From NCBI RefSeq assembly GCF_000315625.1, contig NW_005434613.1, positions 404,441 through 468,440 on the forward strand: a stretch of 64,000 bases of DNA, in the 5' to 3' direction. A program made the translations under genes and the position numbers. The DNA comes from Guillardia theta CCMP2712. Its lineage: Eukaryota; Protista; Cryptophyta. The notes under the pieces are model-generated. The model did no database searches and was not told the DNA's origin. It was given only the letters and a program-made list of their open reading frames with translations. Positions within the stretch are counted from its first letter, which is position 1; each line of letters starts with the position of its first letter. This document shows, piece by piece, positions 53,079 to 64,000 of this stretch.

Positions 53079-56000
53079 ATGCCTCGCTGCAAATGCTGCC
53101 AAGAGAAACGGGAGGAGCAAGACAAACCTCCGTCTGCTTCCTCCCTCACTCTCGAGTCTCCAAAGGTGAGGGAGGGAGAGGGAGGGGAGCAGTAGCTCAA
53201 GAGCAGAGGTCGCGATCGTGTTGAGCTCACTGTGATGCCCTTACGGCAGGTCGACAACAGCATGAAGTTCGATCCAGAGCCGCCCCAGGGACGGCCGGCC
53301 GCTCATGCGAGCGATCCAGGCGGAGAAGGGGAGGAGGGCAATGGCAAGAGCAGCCCCCTGCAGTGGCGGAGAATGCGAGTAGCCAGGAATGGGGTACGGT
53401 TTTCTGCTGCTGCTTCATCCGTCTTGGCTGACTCGCCTCCCCTTGCAGTCATGGAGAAGTTTCTTTCAAAGCTCCAGTCGAGGTGGACCCCAGCCCGTGA
53501 TGCAGAGGAGCCGATCTGAAGGATCGTTCAAGAGGAGGGAGGAGGTGGTAAAGGGGAAGAAGGCGGTGAAGGTGGAGAAGGTAGTAGTGGAGGAGGAGTT
53601 AGTGAGAGACAAGGGGGCAGTGAAGGTGGAGGAAGTGATGAAGGTAGGGAAGGAAGGGGAGGATGAGGCAAGAAGGGAGGTGCAGGAGCTGGTTTCAGAG
53701 AGAAGCATTGAGGAGAGCAAGATCGGCAGAGACCTGAGTCATCAAAGTGAGGATTCTGAAGAGACGTTGAACTCAGAATGCGACTGGTCGGTCAGGATCC
53801 CACCAGGAGATAGCAACGAACTTCACGAGAACCTTTCAGAGCTGTCGGAGCCGGAGGAGGACGAGACCTCAATGTCGTTGACTCAGGTGCTTGCCTGCAC
53901 TCCTCCTCCTCCTACTACTACTACTACTGATGAACTTGGCCAGACTTCGAGTCACTGGATGAGTCAGCATCTGCGGGTCGTCGCACAGCAGCAGCTCCAT
54001 GCTGCATCCTCGGCCATGACTCCTCTCAAGGTGACCGACGGGTTGGTCACGAGCAAGAACGACCCAGAATACAGGTAAGCGTTGGAAGGAGGAGAAGCAC
54101 GAGGAGGAGGAAGGTGGGGGAAGAGGGAGGAGGAAGGTGGGGGGATAGGGAGGAGGAAGGTGGGGGGATAGGGAGGAGGAAGGCAAAGGGGGGGGGGGGG
54201 CGGGGGAAGGAGGAGGAGGAGGAGGAGGAGGAGGAGGAGGAGCTTGATTCTACCGTAGACTCTCAGCCGGATGGATGGACAATCCTCCATCGCCGTACCG
54301 AGAGCAGGATGACACCTCTCTCGCTCTCTCTGCTGCCTCCTATGTGGTCGACACCAGGTCACACGCACTCTTGTCCACCTTCTCGTCATCTTCTCGCAGC
54401 TGGCGAGAGAGCCCGAGCATCAGAGGTCATGCCGCGATGATGTACTGGAGGATCCTCGAGGAGAGATGTAGTCCATCTCCTCCTCCCCTCCTCCTCCCCT
54501 CCTCCTCCTCCTTCTGCTCCTGCTCCTGCCCTCCTGCTCCCGCTCCCGCTCCCGCTCCCGCTCCCTCCCTCACCCGGTTAGCAGCCACTGGCAACTTGAG
54601 TCGGAATAAGAGGATCAGGTTTGTGCTCGCTCTCGATGCCTCAGCCGACCCTCCTCTAGATCATCTTACTATTCTCCTCGTACCTCACTTCCTTGCATCC
54701 CCCCTCTCCCTCCCTCCCCCCCTCCTTCTTGTAGAGCAGGCGTGACTGGCATCTGCAGGAGCAGCCGCAGGCGCGGAGAAGGGAAGGAGCAGCCGGGATG
54801 GCTCACGATTCCGAGCAACATCGAGGAGCGCAGAGTTGCCCTCATCCAGCAGCACAAGGTGCAATTGGAGGAGGAGGAGGAGGAGGAGGNNNNNNNNNNN
54901 NNNNNNNNNNNNNNNNNNNNNNNNNNNNNNNNNNNNNNNNNNNNNNNNNNNNNNNNNNNNNNNNNNNNNNNNNNNNNNNNNNNNNNNNNNNNNNNNNNNN
55001 NNNNNNNNNNNNNNNNNNNNNNNNNNNNNNNNNNNNNNNNNNNNNNNNNNNNNNNNNNNNNNNNNNNNNNNNNNNNNNNNNNNNNNNNNNNNNNNNNNNN
55101 NNNNNNNNNNNCAGGAGAGGATATCGATGCAGGAGTCGGAGGAAAGCGAGCAGCTGGTTGTCCTCAAGGGTGAATGAGAAGGCATCTACTCTCGGGCACT
55201 CGCGCAGCAAGGAGCAAGACAAGCCTTCCTCTCCCTTTTGTCCTGCTGTGAAGAACACAGCACTACAACGCTTGCTGCAGAAGCAGGTTGAGGCTACTTG
55301 CCTCCCTCCCCTCCCCTCCTCCCTAAACCCGTCCTTCCCTTCTCTGATCTCCCTTCCCTCCCTCCTCCCCTTCTCTGCTCTCCCTCCCCCCCCTCCTTCC
55401 CCTTCTGTTCCTCCCTGTCGGCCTCCCATCCTTATCCCACACTCCCCGTCTGAACTCCTCTTACGTCGAGCGGGTTTCTCACACAGTCAAGCAGCAACAA
55501 GTCTTGTACTCATCGTCGCCTCTCTCTCCCGGTCGACTCGTCCCTGCTCCTCCTCTCCTGACCCTCCCGCAGGAAAGATGGAGCCTTCAGCTTCCACCAC
55601 CGCCGGGTGGTCGTTGGTTCACCATCAGATCAGCATGAAGGTGTTGGAGCGGCAGGAGGGTCCACTTGTCCTGACCGCTTTCAGCTCGACGAGGACGACC
55701 AGCCATGGCCCTCTCCTCTCCAGCCCGGCCTCGAAAATACTGTACATCTCCGCTCCAGCTGAATTTCAGCTGAATCCTCCGTGTTGCAGCCGACCCCCGC
55801 CAAGAGCCTCAAGAGCAGGAGGACCGCAAAGGTCTGCTCTGCTCCAGCTGGGCTGGGACGCTTGCATCTCATTCGACTTGTCTTGCAGTGCTCCGTGTCA
55901 GAGCTGCCGAGCTCCGAGCAAGGCATGTCGATGCTCCGATCCATTTCCTCCTCCCTCGCATGCAGCAAGGTAGAGCAGCTCCTGCCTGAGCCCGTTGACT

Positions 56001-56104
56001 CTTTCCGCAGGTGCAGCTGGACTTCGACGAGTCTTGAAGCTCGCCAACCCCCCCCCCCTCCCCCTCCCCCGTCCCGCCCTTCCCCTCCTCCCCCTTTCTC
56101 TTGA
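53079..56104 (+). CDS. Hypothetical intron-rich protein, low complexity
   Basis: ATG 53079 (MPRCKCCQEK...), a long acidic exon ~53520-54075 and several small GT-AG-bounded exons; no family recognised. Confidence 0.4.
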
Positions 56105-56120
56105 CTCAGCTCCTCGTCCT

Positions 56121-56339
56121 TCACTTCTGCTGTAAGACATCTCAGCGAGGACAGACAGCTCGCCGCCTCCTGCTCACAGTGCGAAGTTTGTTCTCGAGCA
56201 TCTTGAGGCGGAGGAGGGTGTTGTTGATCTTGGTAGATACCCCAACGTGCTCCTGTGAAGCATCAGAGGAGGCAGCAGAGATGGTGTGGGAGCGTGAAGG
56301 CTTGAAAGACACGGAGAAGGTTGTCGACGATGTTGATTC

Positions 56340-56416
<77 letters not shown>

Positions 56417-59400
56417 AGGAGTATTTCAGACCTCGATGTCACTGGTTGTCTGTATCTTCATGGTTCGAATGTCATGGCCTATCAGCCGGATGTTCTGGAA
56501 CCTGCGGCTCTCAATCAGCTGGTGACGTCAGGAGCTCAATCAGGGACGGACTTGTCCTTCCGCCGTGTCTTCCCCTTCCTCCTCCTCCAGAACAACTGCA
56601 GGAGCTGAGCGCTCTTCTCTTGGAGATGGTTTCGGAGGATCTCGCGTTCAATCAGCGCCTGGTCGTGCTGCATCAGACATCTCTTCCCCCGCCCCTTCCT
56701 TGGCATCCCGCCTGCCACACCCAATACTCCTCTCCTCCTCTGTCTTCTTCTCCATCCTCCTCCTACTTGTCATTCTCTTCCTCCTCTTCCTCTCCCCCTT
56801 CTCCATATCCTCGTCCTTTCCATCTCCTCCTCCTCCTCGCCCTCATCGTCCACCCCTCCACCCCCTCCCCCTCCTTTGGTCCTCCTCTCTATCTCCTCGC
56901 CCTCGCCCTCGCCCTCGCCCTCGCCCCCCCCCGCCCTCTGGTCACCTTGGCTGTCGTCTCGGAGCTGCTGAATTGGAGGAGGTTGGTGAGGGCGGCAGTG
57001 AGGAGGGAGGCCGCCACCAGGCCGATCTGCGAGCTCACCTCAGCCGCTGCTGCTGCTCTACAAGACAATCACCATGGCCGCCAGACAGGCTACGAAGCGG
57101 CTGACGGAGGTGGTGGGGACGATGTCACCTGAAGGAAGTGATGATGATGATGATGATGAGGAGGAGGAGGGCAAGACCGTAACCGACGGTGGTTGAGGTG
57201 ATAAGGATGAACCAGATGGCTGTCGTCATGCGCATGTGGCTGCTCTTGTTGAAGTCCATCCCATGGATAACCCAGTGCTGTAGCAGACAGTCAGCAAGGA
57301 GACGAGGACGAGAGGAGCAGCGACGTACCATGGCGTTGGGGTTCGCGCATGCTGGGACTTCTTCTCGGATATGAGGTAGAGTACAGGCGGTGGTCTCAGC
57401 CGCTCGGAACCAATAGGCTGCAGCAGCGTCACGAGAGGCGTCGGAGCCTGAGCACTTGCCAAGGAGGACGATGGCGATCATCCACACGAGGGACATGTAG
57501 ATGGCTGCATACCAACTGGCAGCAGGTGAGAGAAGGAGGAGGAGCGACGGGGCAGATGGCACCTGTGCATGATATGCTTGATGGCAAACGATGAGCCGAT
57601 CTTGGTCCGCTGGAAGCCAGACAGGGTTTGATGTTTGGGGAAGACGGAGAGGATCCAATCCCTGAGGACTCGCCAGCAGAGGTAGATGCGGATCAGGTTG
57701 CAGCCGCAGAGGATCGTCTCTCCACAAGTGACGTAGATGTTGTTCTCTCCGAGGTTGTCCGTCACTGCGCACACGATCGTCATATGGTCAAGGCCCCCAG
57801 CCTCTGCTGCTCACCCAGCACGAATCTGTATGACGGGGGGTTGTGGACGAGGACGAGGACGAGCTCCAGCCACAGGGACGGGTCCAACAGCCACCACACT
57901 CCAACGTCGGTGATCTGTCATAGGCATCGGTTAGGAGGAGGTGCCGGGAGCAGGTTCTTACCAGGTCAGTGAAGCAGTGAACATGGAGGCTGACAGCTTC
58001 CAACAACCGCGCGATGTAGTACATACGCAAAATGAAAGCTGCACATGAAAGAGTGCAGATGCTGTTCATGGCCTTGAGCGCGTTCATGGTGACGTCGCTC
58101 TGTCCTCCTCCTTGCATCAGGTACTCGTTCTGTGCCACCGCAAACAACGTGCCCGTCATCCCAAGCAGAGCTGCCCACTGCCTGTACGACTGCTGCGCGC
58201 CATGGAGGGCCTTGAAGTTGTGGTGCCATTTGCCCGTTCCGTCCCTCTGCGTCATCGCCTTCTTGACTCGCATCTTGAAGCTGCCAGATCGTTTGGACCC
58301 CTGCATCGAGGGAAACGTTTGACCGTCTTTAGACAGCTGGTTGATATCCCTCCTCCCTATGCTGTTCATGGAAAGTCTCCGCACCAGCGGAACTTTGGCT
58401 ACTGTCGCTTCCTCCTCGATCGTTTCAAGCATCCCCTGCAGATTCTTGACACGGCTGAATATGATGTCCACCTTGTTGTTGTCTGAGCCGGATGTTTCGA
58501 TGTCAACGTACATCTTGTCTTTCATGTGAATCATCGCAGTCAACGACATCTTGGGTGAGTTCAATAGAATCTTTATCCACCAATACAAGTTCTGTAAACA
58601 ACAAGGTCAGTGCGTGCTTGCTTTGCTGCCGATGCTTGCCTTGAAACGGCTTGTGCTGCCTCTTGCTATTTTCTTCATCCACCACATTCGGATTCTACCG
58701 TCACTATCAGTCGCCTCAACCTCTGACGCGAACACATTACCGCTTGACAGCTTCAGACTGTACATGTCTCCTTGCTCGCTCCCTCTCAAAGATCGCCAGC
58801 GTCCGTGCTTCTTCAGGGTTCCATTGGAACGCGTTGCTGGAGGAGGACAACGTCACTAGCCGCACGAGGGTCCAGCTGAGTCTCACCTGATGGAGGCTGT
58901 CATGAGAGACGCGAACATGAGCCCGAGGAACGCCATGAGGATGCTCGTCATGCGGCCCAGCAACGTCACGGCGTAGATGTCGCCGTAGCCGACCTGCAGG
59001 CACGTCAGCTGCACTGGGGCCGAGGGGGCATGTCAGACCGAGGTGGAGGTGATGAACATGGCCCAGAGGGCGTCGGAGTATCGCACGAGAATCGACTCTT
59101 TCTCTAGGCTCCCGCTGTCTATTTGCCACAGAACGGCCTCAGGCAGGAAGCAGGAGGGGTGGTCGTGGAAGGGGAAGAGACATGCTGACGTCTCGAAGGC
59201 ACGGAAGAAATATCCGAGGACGAGCATCGAGAACATCCATGCAAAGGTCACGAACTGAAAGCCTTTCCATCCTTCGAGCAGCGACTTCAACACGTAGAAG
59301 CTCCCAATGTTGATCTGTGTGAAGGCCTCGATCGTGAAGTGTTTGGGCATCGTTTTGATGATGAAATCTCTGATGCATCTCCACAGCAAGTAAATCCTCA

Positions 59401-60301
59401 AGATGTTGTAGACACAGAATATTGTCTCTCCCCTGTACAAGATGAAGTTCCCATTCTGAACCTCCATGCCGAACTCTGGAGAGAAAAAGGGGGGAAGATG
59501 AGGAACGCAGATCAGCAGTTCGAGCCAGAGCCCTCGGCTTGCAAGCACTTGTAAGAATCCGACCTCTTTGATCTTGGTATTCTTTGACGATTTCACCCGC
59601 AGCCTCCGATTCATCGCAACCAGACGCAGCTGCATGCGGTACATGTAAAAGATCCAGACTGCACACACGAAGCTGGAGAAAGAGTTGAGAGCCTTCAAGA
59701 TGTCGATCTTCCCTGATTTAGGATGCCACCGGTAGATGAGCTCGTTCTGAATGATTGCAAGGAAGGTCCCAAAGATTCCACTGCAAGCTGCCAACAGGCT
59801 GTAAAACCTTCTCTGGGAATCAATATCGTTGCGACGCACTTTCATCTCCACAGCCTTCTCGACGCCCTTGGAGGTGATGCGATGCATCTCTATCATGCTC
59901 TGCGAGAAGTTGGGAGCTGCATACTTGCGATCCTTCAAGCGCGCTCTTCTCTGGTTGGGCGTCTCCCTTCCATCCTCATCTTTATCCTCCCTTTCTTGGG
60001 GTTCTGCGGTGCGGTCCGAGCTCAAGGTCTTGCTGCTCTCCATGTCAGGCATCAGATTGCGCAGCGACTGGCGGCGGACGAGGTCTTCAAGGATCGAGAG
60101 CCGCCTCTCGATCTCCGGAAGAACCTGCGGGGGGCTCGCCACAACTTTAACTCCAAACAATGTCTCGACCTGTTCGATCTCCAACCCAATCTCCTCATCT
60201 TTCATACTCTCCCATCTCCTCCAGAGGTGCGAAGGGCGGGATGGGATGCACTCTGCGGTAGCTGCGCCCATAATTTTCAAGCGAGGAATCATCCAGGTCA
60301 T
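56121..60301 (-). CDS. SK/KCNN-type Ca2+-activated K+ channel with two tandem 6TM-pore repeats
   Basis: Repeat I: GIFGTFLAIIQNEL, LWLELLICVPHLPP, LRIYLLWR, ALWAMFITSTS/VGYGDIYAVTLLGR. Repeat II: GMTGTLFAVAQNEY, LWLELVLVLVHNPP, IRIYLCWR, AIWFILITSTTVGYG/DIVPTTSVSR. Each has a CaM-binding-like helix (EAVKRIRMWW; KSAQLLQLFWRR). Start may lie further upstream (~60455). Confidence 0.88.
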
Positions 60302-60659
60302 GCGCGGTTGTCTCTGTCCACTTCAGCGAAGGGTATTGCTCCGGCTTTCCACCTCTTGCCATCTCCACCAGTCGCTGTGATCCCTTCTCAGCTATAGAGA
60401 CGCTCGTCGTCCATCTACCTCTGGCTCCAGATCTTCCATCGCCTGCATCAAGCATTCACATCCCCTTCAGTTCTCCTCATACCATACCTCCTCTCCATCC
60501 CTTCCTCCTCCTCCCCTCCACTTCTCACTTTCTCGCCCCCCTGTGATACTGCCAGGTTGCCCTTTGAAACCCTGCACCCTCTTCCCTCTCATCATTACCC
60601 TGTCTCTCATGTCTTTCTCTTTCCATTCCCTATCTTTCAGTCTCTTTCTGAATCTGTCT

Positions 60660-60816
60660 GGTGCTAATCATCTCTTCCAACGGCCTTTGTCTGTATCTCT
60701 CTCTGTCTCTGTCTCTGTCTCTGTCTCTGTCTCTGTCTCTGTCTCTGTCTCTGTCTCTGTCTCTGTCTCTGTCTCTCTGTCTCTGTCTCTGTCTCTGTCT
60801 CTGTCTCTCTCTGCTG

Positions 60817-60865
<49 letters not shown>

Positions 60866-60881
60866 GTCTCTCTCTGCTGTC

Positions 60882-60940
<59 letters not shown>

Positions 60941-60988
60941 GTCTCTGTGTCTCTGTCTCTGTCTCTGTCTCTCTCTGGTCTCTCTCTG

Positions 60989-61026
<38 letters not shown>

Positions 61027-61047
61027 ATCATCTCTTCCAACGGCCTT

Positions 61048-61140
<93 letters not shown>
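60660..61140. repeat. (CT)n/(CTGTCT)n microsatellite with a duplicated ~30-bp unit taatcatctcttccaacggcctttgtctgt
   Basis: Direct sequence; unit at ~60665 and ~61025. Confidence 0.95.
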
Positions 61141-61142
<2 letters not shown>

Positions 61143-61926
61143 TGATCTCCTCCCTTGCTTCAATAATATATCTGCTTCCGTGCACCACCCCAATGTAATA
61201 AGGTCCCCCACCACCCTACCCTTCCATCTTACACCCCATAATTACCCTCAAATCACCCACCCCTTTTAATCCCTGTAAACCCACCCACATCGCACCTCCC
61301 AATTACCAATTATTCGTTTTTTGTACCCCTACCCAACCCCACCTTCCGGAAGCCGACACCACTCCCCCACCCCCAACACGAAAGAATCCTCTTTACCTAC
61401 CCTATAGCTTACCTCAATATACCCCCTATTTTCCCTCAGGGGTCATGGAATATCTTCAGTCCGGTGAGTTACTACCGGCACCCTCATCATCCCACCCCCG
61501 GTCAAGAAAATTAAAACGTTTTAATCTTTTAGAGCTGAAATCATCAACTTTTTCATCAACTTCGACTTTCAACCCCAAGGCCTCAGGGGCAGCAAGAGGC
61601 ACCATCGCCCTCCCAGCTATATACCCTATAGTCGAAATCTCCTACCTTCCCCCCTTCCCCCCAGGCTCCCTCTCAGGGTCCTGGCTTCCTGCCCTCCCCG
61701 CTCCTCACCTTGCAGAGCATCGAAAAGTTGATAAAATCTCCCCACATTTTACAAATGCACATACGGTCATTGTTTGAATATAAACGTCAAATCTTCATGT
61801 TAAATTTCAAAGCTGTAGGTGCAGAACAACATCATTTCACTCTATCGGAATGACCAGCGCGAAAGCCCGAGGCCCGGTCACGTTTAGCTGACTAGTAGTA
61901 CCCCTCAATATCAGCATCAGGGTCAC

Positions 61927-62053
61927 TTTACTCAAAGTTGAGTTAAAGATCAGTACCAGGACAACCAGGACACCGGGAGAGTCGAGGATCAGAGTAATAT
62001 CAGCACCAACACTGACGGCACTGATACTGATTTTTAACTTAACTTTGAGTAAA
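61927..62053. repeat. 33-bp imperfect inverted repeat (MITE-like or hairpin)
   Basis: tttactcaaagttgagttaaagatcagtaccag (61927-61959) versus ctgatactgatttttaacttaactttgagtaaa (62021-62053); 3 mismatches. Confidence 0.8.
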
Positions 62054-62597
62054 TGCTGATATCAGAATAGTGTCCGAACTTGAAGGCCTATATCAAGGCG
62101 GGGTGTATCTACGAGATGATCTGACTGATTGTCTCAGCGATCTTTCGCCTGAGTCGTCCGGTCGTCAGCTCAAGGGCGCTGAGGCCCTGTCTGAGGCTTC
62201 GCGGCCCGGGGCCGTACGGCCTAGTACTACTAGCTAGTAGTGCGTCACTGTGACGGCCCGATCCGAGTCTCGCCGCGATCCGATCATTTCGTGACTGCCA
62301 TCCTGAACCGGGGCATTATTCAAGTTCTAATCCGATCAGCGTCGGAAAGCATCAGCCTACTGAGAACTCGGAAACTGAATGCATCCTAGAGTGCAATAGT
62401 GAAGGAGGAAAGCCAAGTTGGGAGTCGGGGGCCCTAGACGGTAGCACAAGGACGTAGCCATCGACTCCGATCACAGATCTGTGTCATCAGTCTCATTGCT
62501 AGGTAAACTGATCCGGGACTGAAAGCCGGAGGCTCGACCCGCCGGGTGACCAAAACCGTGACAAGCGGCGGGCCGGCCTCATTCTGAGCGCGGCCTA

Positions 62598-64000
62598 TCA
62601 GACCTCGCTCACCCGAATGTTCAAATCTGCAAGATGGGGCTCCAGCAGTGAAAGGACCTGACAACTGGGTAAGAAGAGCGAGACTCGGGTATGACGCTTA
62701 CATGTTGCTTCACTGCACTCGACAATCTTGACAGCAGCAACCTCATCTGCCTCCCTGTCAGCTCCCCTTCCCAAGTGACTGCCGCATGATCGGACCATCT
62801 CAATCCGACGAGTCCGTTGTGCCTCCTCGAACCGCTCACGTCGCGAAAACACGTCCTGCAGTGAACTCGATATCAGAAGGAGGGCAGTTGGGGCAGAACT
62901 CGCAGGAGGAGCGAAACTAGGAGGGTGAAAACGACCAGAGTCGAGTAGGGAACTTGATGCAAGGATGATGAGCGATATGATTCCGATGAGGGAGAGGAAG
63001 TAGAAGAGGCAGATATGATGATGCTCATGTCCACAACGACGACGATGATGTGAGCAATGACCTTGCGTGGGTTCCACGGACACCTTGCAACGTGCGCATG
63101 CGCATCGGAGGCGCAATCTTCAAGGCAAAAAGCGCAGAAACCACATCTGAAGGAAGGAGGGTCAGCAAGAGAGCGGGAGAGGAGCGCATCACTTGCCCGC
63201 ATCTCGTGCACTTCAAGGCGCTGCATCCGTCATAATCCACGAAAGCCTGCGAGCACCGAGGACAGGCCAGCGTGAGGATACGGTCTACTGTGAACTTGAC
63301 GAGTCGGGATGCCTGCGACACACCTAGTCAGCACAAAGTTGAAGTTGACACTGATGGTCAGCACGTTGTCCTCGCTCAACTTCCCGCTCTTCTCATCCTT
63401 GGCTCTCTTCTCGTCGTCCAACCGCAGGTCTTCAAGGACGCGAGTTTCATGCGCGAGCTCCCGAGCCCTCAGGTACCTGGAGGAGCGAAGTGAGCAGGAA
63501 GTCTCCACTCTCGGCCTAGCGAGACCGTTCGAACGTATCATGGGAGACATGCAGAGCGAGGTCCTTGTGCGAGAACGAGGAGGAGCAGCCTTCTGCTCCC
63601 ATCGGACAAACTATCTTGGCCCCGCGAGCCCGAAAAATGTCATTCTCCTCTGACTGCGAGCGAACGTAGGGGTCCAAGCAGTCGCAGCAGACGAAGTGAG
63701 CTCCTCCCGAGCACCGAACGCCCTCCTCCACCCCTTCCTTCACACCCGCTCCCTCCAAACAGATGACGCACTCTCCTCGGACTGTCCAAGATTGCACGTT
63801 GCCTCCTCCGCTTGCCTCGGCGTTCACCGCAGCCGTCGGCACGACCCCCGCAGCGTCAACTTGTGGCCCTTGAGCGTCTGAGACTTGCTTGCTTGCTGCA
63901 TCGTCTGGCACTCGTTCCTGATCGTCGTCAGAGCGACAGGGCACACATGATTGCTGCCGATGCTCCTCCAGCTCTACTCCGCGAACCGGCAGGAGACATC
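62598..64000 (-). CDS. RBR-like E3 ubiquitin ligase (RING1 + Rcat), 5' end outside window
   Basis: ECVICLE..RCSGGAHFVCCDCL..IVCP..GC; helical linker; LTLACPRCSQAFVDYDGCSALKCTRCG/CGFCAFCLEDCASDAHAHV. Confidence 0.8.

Noticed and set aside
56101-57132. 343-aa + strand ORF with EQ repeat
   Set aside because: Overlaps the minus-strand channel's terminal exons and an intronic (GAGCAG)n.
60543-61269. Long SL/RE/RD-repeat ORFs
   Set aside because: Artefacts of CT and CTGTCT repeats.

Overview
Intron-rich, gene-dense eukaryotic nuclear DNA with several N-gaps. Short (~45-60 nt) GT-AG introns, microsatellite-filled longer introns and a signal-peptide+Phe plastid presequence point to an alga with a red-derived secondary plastid, probably a cryptophyte such as Guillardia theta (inference). 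About 15 genes were reconstructed by hand: MAP65/ASE1 (partial), a plastid-targeted SET methyltransferase, glycine cleavage H, GST, MCM2, a CHUP1/IPGA1-like protein, a secreted LysM protein, a U-box tyrosine-kinase-like protein probably ending in a PDZ domain, an RCC1-like repeat region followed by an HxKG/GNFWW domain, a type II coiled-coil membrane protein, a giant PB1-like/TM/alpha-beta hydrolase/Cys-rich/Kelch protein, a SAP+KH protein, a hypothetical gene, an SK-type K+ channel and an RBR-like E3 (partial). The strongest candidate novelties: (1) the SK (KCNN)-type channel has two complete 6TM-pore-CaM-binding repeats in one gene, joined through a GC-AG intron; (2) a CHUP1-type C-terminal domain sits on a signal peptide/Cys-rich/TM/polyproline scaffold; (3) the tyrosine-kinase-signature kinase has WNK-style lysine placement. 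Recurrent non-coding signatures mark intergenic regions. All exon joins are manual predictions.
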